From positions 1-64,000 of IMG/VR virus record IMGVR_UViG_3300036828_000771: 64,000 nucleotides of DNA, one strand, 5' to 3'. The position numbers and the translations under genes were made by a program. Shown here in pieces: positions 61,871 through 64,000 of the stretch. This DNA is from a virus. Position 1 is the stretch's first letter; each line of letters opens with the position of its first letter. The notes under the pieces are model-generated. The model ran no database searches, had not been told where the DNA came from, and was given only the letters and a program-made list of their open reading frames with translations.

Positions 61871-63341
61871 GAACTTCGTCGGCTTCATCAAGGAAGCGTG
61901 GAACAAGCTCGAACCGACCACCAACTACAAGCCTTCGTTCCACCACGACGCCATCGGCGATCACCTGCACGCCGTCAATCTCGGCCAGATACAGCGCCTC
62001 GTCATCAACCAGCCACCCGGCACGATGAAGTCGCTCACCGTCTCCGTGCTGTTGCAGGCATGGGAATGGGGACCGCGCAAAGCACCCGGCTTACGCTACC
62101 TCACTACCTCGTATCGCGAAGACTGGGCGCGGCGAGACTCGCGCAAGAGCCGCGATCTCATCCAGAGCGAATGGTATCGCACGCTCTACCCAGAGATCGT
62201 GCTGATCCGCGACGGCGAGACCGACTTCGAGAACACCTTCCTCGGCACCCGCAAAGCGGTGCCCTTCAAGTCCCTCACCGCCGGGCGCGGCAATCGTGTC
62301 GTGGTCGACGATCCTCACTCCACCGAACAGGCTGAGTCGGATGCTGACCGCGAAGTAGCGACTCGTGTCTTTCGTGAATCGGTGACTAGTCGACTCAACG
62401 ATCCCGAAAAGGACTGCATCATCATCTGCATGCACCGACTGCATCCAGACGATGTGTGCGGGGTCATCGAACGGCTCGGCCTGCCCTACACCAAGCTCGT
62501 GCTGCCCATGGAGTACAGCCGCAGCCTCGAAGTGCGCACGCCATGGTTCAAGGACCCGCGCACCAAGGAGAACGAGCTTCTCTGCCCCAACCGCATCAAC
62601 CGCGAGACCGTCGAGCAGAACAAGATCGAACTCGGCGACCACGCCTACGCCACCCAGTACCAGCAGCAGGCCAAGGCCCGCGAGGGCAGTTTCTTCTTCA
62701 ACCCCGAGCACTTCCTCGTCGAGGTCACGCGCGAGGACGGCTCGAAGTTCTTCGCGCCGGCAGCAACGCCCACGATCTGCGATTCGGTGTTCGCCGTGAT
62801 CGACACCGCGAGCAAGGTCGGCAAGGCGCGCGACGGCACAGGCTGCGGCTGGTACGCCTACACCAAGTATCCCGAGGAGCAACTGCGGCTCTTGGACTGG
62901 GACCTCATCCAGATCGAGGCGGCGGTGCTGGAGCACTGGCTGCCCGGCGTGCTGGAGCGCTGCGAGGAACTGGCCGCGCTCACCCACGCGCGCTACGGCC
63001 ACACCGGCGCGTGGATCGAGGACAAGGACTCGGGCATCGTGCTGTTGCAGCAGGCAGCCAATCGCGACCTGCTCGCTCAGCCGATTGAGACCAAGCTCAC
63101 CGGCATGGGCAAGGATGCCCGGGCGCTGTACTGCTCGGGCGATATCTACAAGGGTAAATTCAAAGTGTGTCAGGAGGCTTACGACAAGACGACCAGCTAT
63201 CATGGTCGCACGCGCAATCACTTCTGGTGGCAGGCCACCAACTTCCGCATCGGCCACGGCACGCCGACCGACGAAGACGAAATGTTCGACGTTTTGTGCT
63301 ATGGAGCCGCCATTGCATTCGGGAACCCAGATCAACTCTGA
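61704..63341 (+). CDS. Terminase large subunit
   Basis: RLVINQPPGTMKS, VVDDP, MHRLH.DD, YQQ, nuclease IDTASK, IEDKDSG, DEMFD; exact start uncertain. Confidence 0.9.
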   Translation: MMDNSNGFSPTSNSLSLERARRVIPYLKAELQKRERLARERQDLANRLEEIRERCENFVGFIKEAWNKLEPTTNYKPSFHHDAIGDHLHAVNLGQIQRLVINQPPGTMKSLTVSVLLQAWEWGPRKAPGLRYLTTSYREDWARRDSRKSRDLIQSEWYRTLYPEIVLIRDGETDFENTFLGTRKAVPFKSLTAGRGNRVVVDDPHSTEQAESDADREVATRVFRESVTSRLNDPEKDCIIICMHRLHPDDVCGVIERLGLPYTKLVLPMEYSRSLEVRTPWFKDPRTKENELLCPNRINRETVEQNKIELGDHAYATQYQQQAKAREGSFFFNPEHFLVEVTREDGSKFFAPAATPTICDSVFAVIDTASKVGKARDGTGCGWYAYTKYPEEQLRLLDWDLIQIEAAVLEHWLPGVLERCEELAALTHARYGHTGAWIEDKDSGIVLLQQAANRDLLAQPIETKLTGMGKDARALYCSGDIYKGKFKVCQEAYDKTTSYHGRTRNHFWWQATNFRIGHGTPTDEDEMFDVLCYGAAIAFGNPDQL

Positions 63342-63373
63342 TCTGCCGACTGCCGGGCGGGGCGAATCATTCC

Positions 63374-63481
63374 ATGGACTACCGGGACGTGCTGGCGGCG
63401 ATTGCCATCGTCGTGGTCTTGGTTATGCTCATCGTGTCGGTGAAGTTGATCTTCGAGGATGATGGGAACGGGAAGACATGA
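63374..63481 (+). CDS. Small single-TM peptide
   Basis: MDYRDVLAAIAIVVVLVMLIVSVKLIFEDDGNGKT. Confidence 0.45.
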   Translation: MDYRDVLAAIAIVVVLVMLIVSVKLIFEDDGNGKT

Positions 63482-63666
63482 ACCCAGCCAACGAGCGCGG
63501 CACGGTCGAGCAGGTGATGGCCTTTGCGAATAGGCTGCGTCCGCCGCAGGCTGGTGTCCATGTCCTAAATTGCTGGCATGATGGCGGTGATCCGCACGAC
63601 CTCGCCTACATGCTCGACGGCCTGATGTATCATCAATGGATTGAGCGGCATGGATTACGACAGTGA
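63478..63666 (+). CDS. Hypothetical protein
   Basis: ATGA-coupled; contains a degenerate operator at 63560-63579. Confidence 0.4.
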   Translation: MNPANERGTVEQVMAFANRLRPPQAGVHVLNCWHDGGDPHDLAYMLDGLMYHQWIERHGLRQ

Positions 63667-63772
63667 CCTACTAGCCGGCATCATCTTCATCCTGCTCTGT
63701 CTGGGCGTCGTGCTGGCTCTCCCTCTGGCCGACGACGAGAAGGATGATGAGAACGGCCCAGCGTCGTGGTGA
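63650..63772 (+). CDS. Small single-TM peptide
   Basis: MDYDSDLLAGIIFILLCLGVVLALPLADDEKDDENGPASW. Confidence 0.45.
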   Translation: MDYDSDLLAGIIFILLCLGVVLALPLADDEKDDENGPASW

Positions 63773-64000
63773 ACACCGAGGACGGCAAGCCGCTCGACTG
63801 CGAGACGCAGGGCGTCAAGACCATCGTGGCGCTCGACGAGAAGGGCGATGAGATCGGCCGCTGGCTGGTGGCCGCGAACGAGTTCCGCATCTTCCTCGGC
63901 AGCGAGTGCAAGGCTTTCACGCAGCACAACGAGGGCGCGGTCCAACTGACGGTGCGCCACATGCCGCCGGTCAGCGCGCATACAGCCTCGCTGCTGGCGG
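63769..64000 (+). CDS. Hypothetical protein (partial, runs off window)
   Basis: GTGA overlap; frame open to end of window. Confidence 0.45.
   Translation, partial: MNTEDGKPLDCETQGVKTIVALDEKGDEIGRWLVAANEFRIFLGSECKAFTQHNEGAVQLTVRHMPPVSAHTASLLA

Noticed and set aside
1-64000. tRNA, rRNA, integrase or transposase genes
   Set aside because: No cloverleaf or catalytic motifs recognised by eye; tRNAscan-SE and HMM searches would be needed to exclude them firmly

Overview
The window is most of a high-GC tailed phage genome with a contractile tail, probably infecting an alphaproteobacterium. Host evidence is inferential: CTTGNN-N17-CTANAT promoters and a GapR-like gene. 1-24.8 kb (+) is the late operon: end of the head protease/scaffold gene, capsid, neck, sheath, a freestanding HNH, tube, chaperone with a probable -1 frameshift, tape measure with a tail-lysozyme domain, baseplate and four fibre genes. 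24.9-49.9 kb (-) is an accessory/early region with many small genes, NADAR, Imm, DUF932, a HerA-like ATPase, Sak4 plus RecE-like recombination genes, a ParB-like protein and a lone + strand M15 endolysin. 50-64 kb (mostly +) carries Cro-like, GapR-like, RuvC-like, ProQ/FinO, ParB-MT-A70, an AAA_25 helicase with a likely origin, a NusG paralog and the terminases. No integrase, portal, tRNA or CRISPR array was recognised. The main unexplained structure is a regulatory layer: at least 11 copies of a 20-bp palindrome (ATGYCCY-N6-RGGRCAY) sitting on promoters and gene ends, four covarying bulged-hairpin leader elements, and several structured intergenic RNA candidates, alongside a phage-encoded FinO/ProQ RNA chaperone. 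All family calls come from motif recognition by eye, not from database searches.
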